DNA of 64,000 nucleotides. Source: Planctomycetota bacterium. Its GTDB lineage: Bacteria > Planctomycetota > UBA8108 > SXIK01. The stretch spans positions 5,600,001-5,664,000 of the forward strand of contig OZ244999.1 in NCBI GenBank assembly GCA_965223265.1, written 5' to 3'. The notes beneath the pieces were generated by a model. That model was not told the origin of the DNA and searched no databases. It saw nothing but the letters and a program-made list of their open reading frames with translations. Position numbers and translations under genes: made by a program. Positions 8,537-19,210 of the stretch are shown piece after piece (the stretch's first letter is position 1; every line of letters begins with the position of its first letter).

Positions 8537-11500
8537 TCAAGCTTCAGGGCACGCGTCGTGCACGTTGCAAGGCAGCCCGTCGGGAGTCGGGTCGGTGCCG
8601 CAAGAGTTCGGCACAGGGAGTGGCCCGTGCGCAGCGAAGAGATGGAGAAGAACAGCGACTCCGTCCGTGACGTTCACGCGTCCATCATCGTTGGCATCGG
8701 CGCTGCGGAGGCACGTGGGAGCTGCGCCGCGGCGGAAGAGATAATTAAGGATGTGCAGGGCATCGTTCAAGTCGACATTCCCACTCGCATCGCTGTCGCC
8801 TCGCCGAAACTCAATGACACCGGCGCCAAATGGAACCTTGACAAACGAGAGCACACGAGGCTGCGCGATCGTCTCAAACTGCTCGTCGAGGTAGGAGATC
8901 ACCGCCTCTTCCGGCGGCTCTCCCGGTCGCGCGTCATCTGGAGCTTCCAGCTCCACGGCGCGAATTCGACGCGACAGAGTCGCCACGTCGACCGGCGGGT
9001 CAAAAATGATCCAATAGCGCACATCTTGATTGTGTCGCTGCGCGCTGTACACCAAGCGAAAATAGTCAACTACGACGCGGCGCACCCCGGCGATCTCTAC
9101 AGCCGCCAAGGTCAAGGCAGCGGGAGCAGATTCGAACGTACTCAACTCGTCGAGAAATCGTTCTCTCAGCTGCAGCATCGTGCCATCCTCCGCCGTCACT
9201 GAGATTTCGAAGAGCGGCAGAGCCTCATAAAGGCAGGAGGAGAATCCCATCACAGGAACGCTGTCGCGCGCTCCGAGTAGCTCGAGCTCGAAGGTCAGGA
9301 ACTCTTCGTCGATCACACGACTGGCAACAATCGGGATTTCTCCACGCCCGCGGTAGTTCAAGTTCGAAAGCGTCAGCGTGAAGAGGTCCCCGGTCGGCAA
9401 GTCGAACTCTTGTCGATATCGAAATCGATAGATCGTCTCGCTCCCGTCACTTATCTCCCGAACCTCGAATCTCCCGTCTTCGCGCGGCGTTGCGACCATC
9501 CGCTCCGGTCCGACCTCGACATGCTCGAAGATGTCGGCAGTGAACGAGCCTTTACCGGCGGGCAGCGACACGGTCCCGGGAGTGAACTCCACCGTCGCCT
9601 TGAACTCATACTCGGTAGCCGGTGGACGCCCGTCACGCTCCTTGCTGAACACCGCACAGGCAATAGCTCCAGTCGGAATCTCGAGCTCAAATACAGGCTT
9701 GCGAGGAGTCGTCGAGGCGATCAGGAAGGGGCGAACCTGTTTGATCGCCAATGAGCCGTCAGCCTCGATCTTGAACTCGAAGTCGAGAAGCACTTGTTCT
9801 GGATCAAAGCCCTCCGGATCGACCGGAAATCGTTCCTCGATGCGCCACATAAGGCTCCCCAGTTCCCGGAGCTGATCGTCGGATAAAACGTTCTGGTCTG
9901 GCCCTACGAGCGAAGAGCGTCGGCTGCGAACGATGCGTACGACTTCACCATCCTCGACTTCGAGCAGGTTCCGTTCGACAAGTTCACCGGGCTGCGGGCT
10001 GACGACGCTCGCCTCACCGATCTGCGCCGCGATCACGAACCGCTGATCATCGACGTTCGCGGGGTTGCCAGTGAACGCAACGCCGTTTGCGGCCTCGTCG
10101 AGGAACGTGCGGCTAACGAGGATTCCCATGGCCGCAAGATCTTGGGGTATCTGAAAGAAACTTCGCTCTTCGTACGCTCGAAACGTCCACAAGCTCGTCC
10201 ATACTTTCTTCAAAGCTCTTTCAACCGTTCGTTCATTAGAACGGAGCGGATCGCAGTGTGAGCCCTCGCGCTCCTCGACATCGATCGTGTCTTGTGCGCA
10301 CACAGAAGTGGACTCGTAGAGGCCTGCGCCGTTGAACTCGAGCTGGTCCTCAACGTTGGACGACGACCGAAAACGCACCATGGTCCGCGTGTCTCCGAAC
10401 ACCGTGGCAATCCGCTCCACGAGCGCGCCGACAAGCTCGGGTGCCACGACGCCGTGATCGCGGGTGAACTCCCGAAACTCGTCCAGCAAACGAAATCTCG
10501 TCTCGGAATCCGTCACGAATTCTGGCGACTCCATCAGATCCCGCAAAAACTGTTCGTAGGTCACCACTTCACCGTTGACGACACGTGTGTTCGAACGCAA
10601 GAACTCAAGGTAGTGATGCATCGGAATAGCGAATCCAACTTCTCGATAGGGCGTGAGCTCGTCGGTCAAAACGCTCTGCAGGCGCGCGAAGTTGGCCGCC
10701 TTGCCGCCAAATCGCGACACCGGCGCGGCCGCTGCGTCCGTATCGATCTCCACCAGCGAATCAAGTACTGAGTAATCGGGGTCGACTACTGGATCGGCCG
10801 CCAACTTCGGTCGTCGGAGTGACCAGAAGGTCTCGGCCTCCTCTATAGAAGCGACGTCGACCATGTAGTCGGAAGCGGTCACCTCGAGCCGCACAAGCTC
10901 ACCTTCGAGCTCGCGGAACTTTTCCGTCGCGCCGTCGACGAACGCGTTCGGTGTACCGCGACGCGCCGTCCGCACCGCGATGTGGCTCAACTCGCCTTGC
11001 ACCTCACCGGTGAGCACACCTCCGACAACTCCTTCGATGTCGCGCGGCGCCTGATCGACAACGACAACATCTTGGAAAGTGAAACGCCCGCTCCGATTCG
11101 CCGCCTCAAACTCTTCAAGGTTAAAGATGCGTACACGTCCGTAGCCGACGGCGAGCGTATACGGCTCGAATGTGAAGCCAGCGCCGCCGTCCGATTCGAA
11201 AATGCGAAACGGCACGCCGGCCCACGTCGCCGCGGCCTCCCGCGCCGCCTGTCCAAGTGGCTGATATGCCAGCGACCCAAGGTGAAACGCGGCACTCAGC
11301 TTCGTGTACACGTCTTCCACTTCGTCCTGGGTCAGCTGCTCGCGAAAATCAAAGCCCGTGTCCGCGAACACCGAGAAAGCGTAGATCGGTGCCCCATCTT
11401 CGATGTGCATCGAGATCGAACCGACGAAGTACTCGCGACTCTGACGCCGGCCGACAAGTTGGTTGTACGTTTCGCGGTCGCTTACGACGTCACCGAACCG

Positions 11501-13942
11501 ATCGGGAAACACTTCGGAAAGAAACTCCTCATGGAGGTCGAAAAGCGTTGCGTTTTGAAAAAGTACCGGGAGCAGCCCCGGCTCCTCCCGCGCTGGAGCT
11601 ACGTACTTTCCGAAGCGCACAGTCAGACGCGATGGCACCGTCAGTGAATAGAACTCTTCGGCAGTGCAGATCTGCTCCAAGAACTCGACTTTCTCTTCGG
11701 TAACGGAACGATTGATAAACACGGTAATGTCACGACCGGTTCGGTTGATGCCAATCACGTCATTGAGTCCATTGCCGTCAAGGTCGCCGACGACGCTGAA
11801 ACGCGGCCCCGCGCCAATGGGAAGCACTCTGCCGAGCGTCAACTCACGATTCGTCGCGTTGGCCAACATCGAGATGCTGTTGCCTTGCTCAGAAACGGTG
11901 ACCACGTCTGCGGTGCCGTCGGAGTTGAGGTCCGCCGTCAGTAGCGAATACGGTGGCGCATGAACAGGAGTCGTGTTTCCAAGAAAGAGACTGCCTCGAG
12001 AGTTCCACACGAACGTCACGCTCGAGATGTTGTTCGCGGTGACGAGGTCCGGGTAGCCATCTTGATCGAAATCGGCCGTACCGACATAGCGAGGTGGCAC
12101 TGGCAGAGGCAACGTCTCTGGATCGCTGTAGGTGTGCTGGCCGCGTCCGCGAACGATCGACAGCTCTGCGGAGTTTTGATTGGCCACCGCGATATCAGCG
12201 TTGCCGTCTTGGTCGAAATCAGCCACGGCTGCGGCAACCGGCCCGTTCCCAACGGGGAGGTCATGGCGTTCGCCGAACACTCCGTCGCCTTGATTCAGGA
12301 GAATGGAAATGGTGTTTGCGGCGACGTTCGAGGTGACCAAATCCGTCCTCATATCGCCGTCAAAATCCCCGAGCGCGATATGAAACGGATTCGCGCCAAC
12401 GGTGTAAACGATTGGCGAGTCGAGGATGCCAGTTCCTTGATTACGGACGAAGAGCAGAATGCCGTCCGCACTCAACGTCACACCGACGACGTCGAGATCT
12501 CCGTCAGCGTCAAAATCATCTGATGTAAGAAAGAAGTAAGTCGCTCGCCGGTAGCGATCCTGAGCCGCGAGAGGTTCGAGAGTGCCGTCACCACGGCCAC
12601 GAAGAAGCGTCAAGCCTTCGTCGTTGTTTCCGGTGAGAATATCGAGATCTCCGTCACCGTCGAAGTCACCAATCGTCGCCGTGTGCGGGTCCCCCGCAGT
12701 CGAGTACTCGACCGGCGGGTCGAACGCTAGGCCCGTGTCGCGACCGACGTCGTTCCAGAACACGGTCACGAGTGGCTGCCCAAAGAAAAGGAGTAGTGCC
12801 TCCTCGAGGCCGTCAACGTCGACATCGACGGCGGCGACGTTGAAGACCCTGCCCTGAAAGTTGGTACGCACTCCACGGTTGAACTGGCCGTCACCACGAT
12901 TGGCGAACACGGCGACTGCAAGCGGCTGAACAAACGAGCCGACGAGATCGAGATCGCCATCGCCGTCGTAGTCGAGCGCTGTCACACCGGTATTGTTTTG
13001 AGCGTCGGCGACGAGGATCGCCGAAGAGACGTACTCCCCTGCTCGGCGATGAAGCAAAACCTCGATCCCGGGCCGTCCTGCCGCGACCAAGTCGTCGGCC
13101 CCGTCGCTGTTTAGATCGCAGACAAGAAGACGTTCGGGTCGCTCGAAGCGAAGAGCTTGCTCGCCTGCGATCTCAAAACTGCCCGAGCCACTGCCGCGCA
13201 GCAGCGACAACGTGGCGTCCGCTCGATTGACCAGGGCGATGTCGAGATCTTCGTCGCCATTGAAATCGACAAGGACGATTCCGCGCGGTTCATTGCCGAC
13301 AGGATACGTCACCGGCGCCGCGAAACCACCCTCACCATTGAGCACGACCGCGACCGCCGCCGTGCTGCGTAGCGTCGCGACGATATCCGAACGTCCATCG
13401 CCGTCGAAATCGCCGACGGCACCAGCTCCGAGGGCGTCGCCAATCGTCACCGTGTTCGTAGGACGCAACCCACCAGAGCCGTCGCCGACGAAGATCTGCA
13501 CTGCTGCATCGTCGAACACTGCGATGTCGGCGTGCGCGTCGGCATTGAAGTCGCCGAGTCGGATGTGTGAGGCGCTTTCCGAAGCTTCAAACTCGGTCAA
13601 TCCGTAGCCTTCGACTTGCGAGCCCGGCCCGCTAAGGCGGACCGACAACACTCCGCGCTGAATAGCGATCAAGTCTGGGGCCTCGTCGCCGTTTAGATCA
13701 GGTGCGAGGACGTCCAATACCCCAAGCGCGGAGTCATTGAACGGGACGTTCGTGAGCGCATGAAACGGGATCGGAGGCACTTCGCAGTCGTCGGGAACGC
13801 CATTGGCGTTGCAATCAATGCTGAATCCGCCCGTGAGGTCTGCGGCGTCGTCAACGCCGTTGCCGTTGCAGTCGGCTGCGCTGCACAAGAGCGGAGCCCA
13901 CAACCAAACGACAAGAAGCGCAGCGAACGGTGGATGCCGCAT
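8537..13942 (-). CDS. Large secreted protein: FG-GAP/VCBS repeats + phospho-His and PEP/pyruvate-binding (dikinase-like) domains + C-terminal dockerin-like domain
   Basis: Signal peptide; DCNGNG repeats; many GDFDGDGxxD repeats; LSHIAVRTARRGTPN, GGKAANF, RFRSSSNVED...GAGLYES and DFEFK...IKQVRP motifs; FRRGDSDASG dockerin-like tail. Confidence 0.85.
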   Translation of the reverse strand: MRHPPFAALLVVWLWAPLLCSAADCNGNGVDDAADLTGGFSIDCNANGVPDDCEVPPIPFHALTNVPFNDSALGVLDVLAPDLNGDEAPDLIAIQRGVLSVRLSGPGSQVEGYGLTEFEASESASHIRLGDFNADAHADIAVFDDAAVQIFVGDGSGGLRPTNTVTIGDALGAGAVGDFDGDGRSDIVATLRSTAAVAVVLNGEGGFAAPVTYPVGNEPRGIVLVDFNGDEDLDIALVNRADATLSLLRGSGSGSFEIAGEQALRFERPERLLVCDLNSDGADDLVAAGRPGIEVLLHRRAGEYVSSAILVADAQNNTGVTALDYDGDGDLDLVGSFVQPLAVAVFANRGDGQFNRGVRTNFQGRVFNVAAVDVDVDGLEEALLLFFGQPLVTVFWNDVGRDTGLAFDPPVEYSTAGDPHTATIGDFDGDGDLDILTGNNDEGLTLLRGRGDGTLEPLAAQDRYRRATYFFLTSDDFDADGDLDVVGVTLSADGILLFVRNQGTGILDSPIVYTVGANPFHIALGDFDGDMRTDLVTSNVAANTISILLNQGDGVFGERHDLPVGNGPVAAAVADFDQDGNADIAVANQNSAELSIVRGRGQHTYSDPETLPLPVPPRYVGTADFDQDGYPDLVTANNISSVTFVWNSRGSLFLGNTTPVHAPPYSLLTADLNSDGTADVVTVSEQGNSISMLANATNRELTLGRVLPIGAGPRFSVVGDLDGNGLNDVIGINRTGRDITVFINRSVTEEKVEFLEQICTAEEFYSLTVPSRLTVRFGKYVAPAREEPGLLPVLFQNATLFDLHEEFLSEVFPDRFGDVVSDRETYNQLVGRRQSREYFVGSISMHIEDGAPIYAFSVFADTGFDFREQLTQDEVEDVYTKLSAAFHLGSLAYQPLGQAAREAAATWAGVPFRIFESDGGAGFTFEPYTLAVGYGRVRIFNLEEFEAANRSGRFTFQDVVVVDQAPRDIEGVVGGVLTGEVQGELSHIAVRTARRGTPNAFVDGATEKFRELEGELVRLEVTASDYMVDVASIEEAETFWSLRRPKLAADPVVDPDYSVLDSLVEIDTDAAAAPVSRFGGKAANFARLQSVLTDELTPYREVGFAIPMHHYLEFLRSNTRVVNGEVVTYEQFLRDLMESPEFVTDSETRFRLLDEFREFTRDHGVVAPELVGALVERIATVFGDTRTMVRFRSSSNVEDQLEFNGAGLYESTSVCAQDTIDVEEREGSHCDPLRSNERTVERALKKVWTSLWTFRAYEERSFFQIPQDLAAMGILVSRTFLDEAANGVAFTGNPANVDDQRFVIAAQIGEASVVSPQPGELVERNLLEVEDGEVVRIVRSRRSSLVGPDQNVLSDDQLRELGSLMWRIEERFPVDPEGFDPEQVLLDFEFKIEADGSLAIKQVRPFLIASTTPRKPVFELEIPTGAIACAVFSKERDGRPPATEYEFKATVEFTPGTVSLPAGKGSFTADIFEHVEVGPERMVATPREDGRFEVREISDGSETIYRFRYRQEFDLPTGDLFTLTLSNLNYRGRGEIPIVASRVIDEEFLTFELELLGARDSVPVMGFSSCLYEALPLFEISVTAEDGTMLQLRERFLDELSTFESAPAALTLAAVEIAGVRRVVVDYFRLVYSAQRHNQDVRYWIIFDPPVDVATLSRRIRAVELEAPDDARPGEPPEEAVISYLDEQFETIAQPRVLSFVKVPFGAGVIEFRRGDSDASGNVDLNDALHILNYLFRRGAAPTCLRSADANDDGRVNVTDGVAVLLHLFAAHGPLPVPNSCGTDPTPDGLPCNVHDACPEA

Positions 13943-14226
13943 GGAGTGTCGCTATGCCTCCGAAGGCCGGATCCGCTCGCAACCCCGCTTGGACACCAGA
14001 GAGGCCGTCGCGAGCCGTAAAGCCGCCCAAGACGCATGAGTCCTGAATTGTCTGCTCACCTTCAAGTCGCTACAAGCGAATTTCGATGCCGCAGACGATA
14101 GCGGGTTCAGCGAGCACCAACGCAAACGGTCATGACGCTTCCAGCCGATTGAGCAAACTGACGAGTTGTCGCCCCCCGAGACCGTCAGGAATCCAAGAGA
14201 AGAGCCCTCACTCATAGATGCAGCAA

Positions 14227-14263
14227 GTCTCGGCGACGCCGGTCGGGTAGACGTCGCCGAGAC
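14227..14263. terminator. 12-bp perfect hairpin, possible terminator
   Basis: GTCTCGGCGACG...CGTCGCCGAGAC, 37 nt past the stop of the dockerin gene; no clear U-tract. Confidence 0.45.
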
Positions 14264-14299
14264 ATATCGGAGTGTGATCTCAGGGGTGAGACCTTCGTC

Positions 14300-15238
14300 T
14301 CAAGGCGTGCAGTCAGGACAAATAGCGTTCTGCGGGCATCCCTGGAAGTACGCGCAGGACGTTCCCTGCGCTGGCGGCGGGCCGTTGACAAACATCCAGA
14401 CAAGGAAGTAGACGCCGTCGGAGATGTCGAGGGTGAAGTCGCCGTTGGCATCGAGGAATAGAATGTTGCGCGGATCCCCGCTCGAGCCGTCGCCACACGG
14501 CAGCACCGGTGGCACCCCTGCGAAGAGGTTGCCGAAGAGACAGACCGGGTCGGCGATGTCGAGGTTGCCGTCTTGGTTGCAGTCGTTCGGCAGCTGATTC
14601 CGGCAGCCACTGCCGCACGCCGACGCTGGGTAGCTCCCGCAAGTCAGGACACCAGGAGTCGGATCAGCACCGCACGTGAGTGGGCCAGGTGCTGGCGACG
14701 GCGGCCCTCCTGTGCTGCAAAAGTTGGCGATGTAAGTCACATCTTGGATGTCGACGATATCATCGTCGTTCGCATCGGCCGCGAGCATACACAGCGGTGC
14801 AGGTCCACCCGTGAAGAGAAAGTTGGAGACGAATGTGGCGTCATCCACGCTGACGCAGCCGTCTTGGTTCGCGTCGCCACGTTTGAAGAGAGGGCACGGC
14901 GACGGATATCCCACACAGCCGAGAGGCGGCCCAGTCGGGTCCGGTCCGCACAATGGAAACGGGCTTGGCGGTGGCGGACCCGCAAGGACGATGAAGTTCA
15001 GCAGAGTGATGCTATCGATGATGCTAAGAAGCCCATCGTCATTGGAGTCGCGCGCCTCAGGACAGTTGCAGGAAGGCGGCACCCCCAGGAAAAGGATGCG
15101 GCTAATGTCGACAGCATCGATGAAGTTGACCACACCATTACAGTCGGCATCGCCGCGAATGAAATCGTTTTGCGCGGCCACGGGGGCGCTCGAAAGCACG
15201 ATCGCGGCCATCACGGCACGAGTTGTCCACTTCGTCAC
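14300..15238 (-). CDS. Secreted Cys/Pro-rich protein composed of three dockerin-like modules
   Basis: Signal peptide followed by FIRGDADCNG, FKRGDANQDG and LPNDCNQDG modules with paired EF-hand-like loops. Start is uncertain. Confidence 0.75.
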   Translation of the reverse strand: MTKWTTRAVMAAIVLSSAPVAAQNDFIRGDADCNGVVNFIDAVDISRILFLGVPPSCNCPEARDSNDDGLLSIIDSITLLNFIVLAGPPPPSPFPLCGPDPTGPPLGCVGYPSPCPLFKRGDANQDGCVSVDDATFVSNFLFTGGPAPLCMLAADANDDDIVDIQDVTYIANFCSTGGPPSPAPGPLTCGADPTPGVLTCGSYPASACGSGCRNQLPNDCNQDGNLDIADPVCLFGNLFAGVPPVLPCGDGSSGDPRNILFLDANGDFTLDISDGVYFLVWMFVNGPPPAQGTSCAYFQGCPQNAICPDCTP

Positions 15239-15459
15239 GGTAAACCTCCTTCCGTCAACGACGGGTCCAATTGATCGTTCGTCTATTTGTGGAAACGCCG
15301 TGACGCAGGCCGCCTGCCCCGAAAACCACAAAAATTCTGCAAACACCTCAACGTGGACACCGAGCGAGGACCCCCAGCCTCCTTGCGCCTGCTGCGGTAC
15401 CGGGCTATCGTGGCAAGGCGTAGCGAACAAACATCCCACCAACGATACGAGGAGAGGCC

Positions 15460-16893
15460 ATGCGGCGCCGATTCCGTTCGATTCTTGTCGCGGCTGCGCT
15501 CAGCTGCAGCCTGTTAAACGCCGGCGAATGGCCACAATTCCGTGGCCCCAACTGCAGCGGCCTGGCCGCAACCTCCGCGCCCCTGCCGACGGAGTTCTCG
15601 GGCGAGAAAAACGTCACCTGGTCGCACCAACTGGGTGACGGAATCGCATGCCCCATCGTTGCGCGAGGCCGACTCTACACGACAGCGATGAGCGCCGAAA
15701 ACCGATTCGCGCTCTATTCGTTTGACGCAGAGACCGGTGAAGAGAAATGGAAGAACGAACTGTCGACCGGCCCACTACCCGAGATCACGCCGCCGAACAG
15801 CCATGCCTCATCGACGCCGGCGAGCGACGGAGAGCGCGTTTACGTCTACTTCAGCACTCTTGGGCTCCTCGCGTTTCATCGTGACGGACAACTTCTCTGG
15901 CACCGCGCGCTGCCCCAGCCGCACTACTTGCTCGACTGGGGCGCGGCGGCCTCACCGATCGTGTACAAGGACCTCGTCTACTTCAATCAAGACGACGACC
16001 TATCGCCCTTTCTCATTGCGATCGACAAACACACCGGAGAGGTCCGCTGGCGCACGGAACGGCCCGAGATGCTCGGCGGTTACGCGGTGCCGGTCGTGTG
16101 TGAAGTCGGCGGTCGTGCCGAGCTCGTTATCGCCGGCACCGGCAAGCTCAAGGGATACTCTGCCACCACAGGAGAGGAGCTCTGGACGTGCAACACTCTC
16201 CTCAGGACGATCATGACAACGCCTGTGGTTCACGACGGCATCGCGTATCTCTCCGTGCAGAGCTACGGCGACAGCGAACGCATCCTCAAATACGCCCTCC
16301 TCCAATGGAAAGACACGGACCAAGACGGCAAGTTGAGCCGGGATGAGCTACCGCCAGAGTTCGAGAAGAAGTTCACGGCGGGAGATGCCAACGGCGACGG
16401 CGTGCTCGAGGACGCGGAAATCGACACGGCATTTCAGAGTGTGACGAATCTTGTCGGCGGTGGCAACACCGTGCAGGCGGTGAGGTGCGGCGGCAGCGGC
16501 GACGTCACAGAATCTCATGTCCTCTGGAACATTGACAATAAAGCGCCGTCCAACATCTCGTCCCCGCTGCTCGTCAGTGGACGCCTGTTCATGGTGAAGA
16601 AGGGCGGAATTTCGAGCTGCTTCCAAGCGTCGTCGGGTAAGGAAGTGTGGTACCAAAAGCGAATCCCAAACTTCGGCAACTACTACGCGTCACCGGTCGC
16701 CGGCGACGGCAAGATCTACATCACAGGCGAAAACGGCGTCGTAGTGGTCCTGGAGGACTCGCCGGAGCTCAAGGTTCTGTCGGAGAATGATGTGGGTGAC
16801 AGCTGCGTAGCCACGCCGGCCATCTCAAACGGCCGCCTCTACCTGAGAACGCGGAGCAAAATCATGTGCGTGGCAGAGGAAGTTAAGTCTTGA
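15460..16893 (+). CDS. PQQ-like (BamB-type) beta-propeller protein with EF-hand insert
   Basis: EWPQFRGP N-terminus, SPIV and TGEVRW repeats, DTDQDGKLS/DANGDGVLE loops, ATPAISNGRLYLR end. Confidence 0.85.
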   Translation: MRRRFRSILVAAALSCSLLNAGEWPQFRGPNCSGLAATSAPLPTEFSGEKNVTWSHQLGDGIACPIVARGRLYTTAMSAENRFALYSFDAETGEEKWKNELSTGPLPEITPPNSHASSTPASDGERVYVYFSTLGLLAFHRDGQLLWHRALPQPHYLLDWGAAASPIVYKDLVYFNQDDDLSPFLIAIDKHTGEVRWRTERPEMLGGYAVPVVCEVGGRAELVIAGTGKLKGYSATTGEELWTCNTLLRTIMTTPVVHDGIAYLSVQSYGDSERILKYALLQWKDTDQDGKLSRDELPPEFEKKFTAGDANGDGVLEDAEIDTAFQSVTNLVGGGNTVQAVRCGGSGDVTESHVLWNIDNKAPSNISSPLLVSGRLFMVKKGGISSCFQASSGKEVWYQKRIPNFGNYYASPVAGDGKIYITGENGVVVVLEDSPELKVLSENDVGDSCVATPAISNGRLYLRTRSKIMCVAEEVKS

Positions 16894-16903
16894 GGAATCA
16901 GCG

Positions 16904-19183
16904 ATGACGCGATGCGGTGCTGCACGCCAAAATATCAACTTGTTGAATGGCAACGGCAAATTGAAACGTGATCGCCAGAAATTCCTGTCTCTCGTCGCGG
17001 TTGTCTTCGCCGCGGCGACGTCAACCGCGGCCGCTGCCACGAAGATCGAAATCGTGACAGGATCGACCCCACCAGCGATCGTCAGCGCCGCGGTGGAGGA
17101 ACTCTCGCGTCACCTCGAGCGGATGTACGACGCCGACTGCGACATCGTCCGCGCCGCCTCGGGAGAGGCGGCGCACGTGATCGTTGTTGGCGAACGAGAG
17201 ACACACGCAGCTGTCGCAACGATCACCGGCGTCACTTGGCCGCAGCTCAGCGATCAGGGGATCGTTCTACGCGGCGTTGCGAGAAGCGATCAGCAGGTTG
17301 TTGTCGCCGGCGGCGGCTCCCCGGTTGCTGCGGCCTGGGCGATCTACGAGCTCGGATACCAGCTCGGCATTCGTTACCTACTCAGCGGTGATGTGCTTCC
17401 AGCGAAACCGCCCGATCTCGAGTTTGCACAGTTCGACTTGGTCCTCGAACCCAAGCTCAGAGTGCGAGCATGGCACACCATCGATGCCCTACCGATCAGC
17501 GCCGAGTCATGGAGCCTGGACGAGCACGTGCGCCTACTTCGCCAACTCGCCAAGAGGCGGATCAACCGCGTCGTCTTGACCTTTCACCCGTGGCAGCCGT
17601 TTGTTCACTACACATTTGGCGATATCAAAAAGAGCACAGCGACGCTCTGGTACGGCGAGAAGTATCCTGTGGACGGCGACACCGTGGGCAAAGTGGTGTT
17701 CAACAATGCCAAAGAGTTCGTCAACCCACACTTTACGGGGAGGGAGAGCTACGAGGAACGCATCGCCGCCGGCATGAAGCTGGCGCGTTCGATCATCGAA
17801 GCGGCAGAGCAGCATGGCATGTCGACCGGCATTCTCATCTCCCCACTCGAGATGCCGCGTGAGTTCGCAGCCTTGCTGCCGAACGGTTTCGTGCCACCTG
17901 GCAAAAATGACTTGGTCGTCCAACCAGGAGCAGAGCAATCGCCGGACGACGATGGGCTGCGCCGCCTCGTGAGCACAAAGATTCGCGCCTATCTCGAGGC
18001 TTATCCGCAAATCGACTCTCTGTATCTCAAACTGCCGGAGCTACCGGCGTGGGCTAAACACGGACGCGCGAGTTGGAAACATTTGGCGGCACGTGGAGGA
18101 TTCTCCGGCGCAGACCTCGGCGACGCAATGCGCCGAGCCCGACAAGCCAGCGCAAAGCAAACGCAAAAGCAAAAGCAGCACGAAGAAACGTTCTTGGGTG
18201 GAATCGCAGGCCTCGATTTCGTTCTCACACTGCTCGATCAGAAGGATCTTCTGACACGACGCGACGCGCAGACACCCAGCGTGACTCTCTGCAACAGTGA
18301 TCCAAGGCTCGCACCGTATTTCGACCGGCTCCTGCCTGAGGGTGTGAGCCTTCTCCACTTCATGGAGTACGCGGCACAGGCTGAAAAGCAGATCGCCCAA
18401 GTGGCAGACGCGACGCCGCGCACCGCAGGGCGCAGCTCGGCGATTCTTCAGCTATCGACGCGGAGCGCGGGAGTTTTGCCGCAGGACACTACACGTCATG
18501 TCGACAGAGTTCTGGTCGCACTGGAAAGAGCCGGATGGAGTGGCTTCGAAGCTCGCAGCTGGATGATCGGCGAACTGGACCGCTCCATGCATCACATCGC
18601 GCGTCGGTCGTTCGATGGCACGGCCACGGTCGAGAAGAGCGACGCGACGCTCTTCGGTGCGATGTGCGGCTCCGGTGTCGTGACGCGCTTGTCGCTGGGG
18701 CTGGACGCCATCTCACGAGCGGTCGACCTCATGAGTACGAACGCGGAAAGCTTCGCCTTCCCCGCGGCTGGTATGGGACTGCAGCACCTTCACAGCCGAC
18801 AAGCGCCGCCGCCTTGGCTGTCGGAGGTGAACCAGCTTTATACTGATGCGATGATTGAGATGTATCGGAGTAACGACCGCGCCCACCCAAATGGCCGCCC
18901 GTTACTGCGCTACATGGCAAAGCGCACTGAATTCGCCCTGGCTTATCTCGCTGCGATCGAAGCGCTCAGGTCCGCCGGCGTCGCCGCAGGCTCCGACGAC
19001 CGCGCCGCCGCTGCCGAGTCACTCGGCGTCGCCGCGGAGTCGATGTTCAACGCCATTGACGCCATGCGCGAGGCGGCTCGAGACTCGTGTGACAAGGGAG
19101 CGATCGCCGCTCTGAACGCCTACGCTTTTCGACCGATCGTCCGTGAATGGGAAGTCGCGCTCCAGGCAGAATCGGGGAACTGA
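16904..19183 (+). CDS. Secreted hypothetical protein with glycoside-hydrolase-like architecture
   Basis: Signal peptide; N-terminal GH20/GH67-type accessory domain (DQGIVLR...AGGS..AAAWAIYEL) followed by a barrel-like region. Confidence 0.55.
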   Translation: MTRCGAARQNINLLNGNGKLKRDRQKFLSLVAVVFAAATSTAAAATKIEIVTGSTPPAIVSAAVEELSRHLERMYDADCDIVRAASGEAAHVIVVGERETHAAVATITGVTWPQLSDQGIVLRGVARSDQQVVVAGGGSPVAAAWAIYELGYQLGIRYLLSGDVLPAKPPDLEFAQFDLVLEPKLRVRAWHTIDALPISAESWSLDEHVRLLRQLAKRRINRVVLTFHPWQPFVHYTFGDIKKSTATLWYGEKYPVDGDTVGKVVFNNAKEFVNPHFTGRESYEERIAAGMKLARSIIEAAEQHGMSTGILISPLEMPREFAALLPNGFVPPGKNDLVVQPGAEQSPDDDGLRRLVSTKIRAYLEAYPQIDSLYLKLPELPAWAKHGRASWKHLAARGGFSGADLGDAMRRARQASAKQTQKQKQHEETFLGGIAGLDFVLTLLDQKDLLTRRDAQTPSVTLCNSDPRLAPYFDRLLPEGVSLLHFMEYAAQAEKQIAQVADATPRTAGRSSAILQLSTRSAGVLPQDTTRHVDRVLVALERAGWSGFEARSWMIGELDRSMHHIARRSFDGTATVEKSDATLFGAMCGSGVVTRLSLGLDAISRAVDLMSTNAESFAFPAAGMGLQHLHSRQAPPPWLSEVNQLYTDAMIEMYRSNDRAHPNGRPLLRYMAKRTEFALAYLAAIEALRSAGVAAGSDDRAAAAESLGVAAESMFNAIDAMREAARDSCDKGAIAALNAYAFRPIVREWEVALQAESGN

Positions 19184-19210
19184 GAGCAAACGAACTGCTA
19201 CAATACTCTC

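Noticed and set aside
8075-8670. SDSASD/LCLRLR low-complexity ORFs
   Set aside because: Translations of the class II microsatellite, with no credible start context; they overlap the IS end and the adjacent gene.
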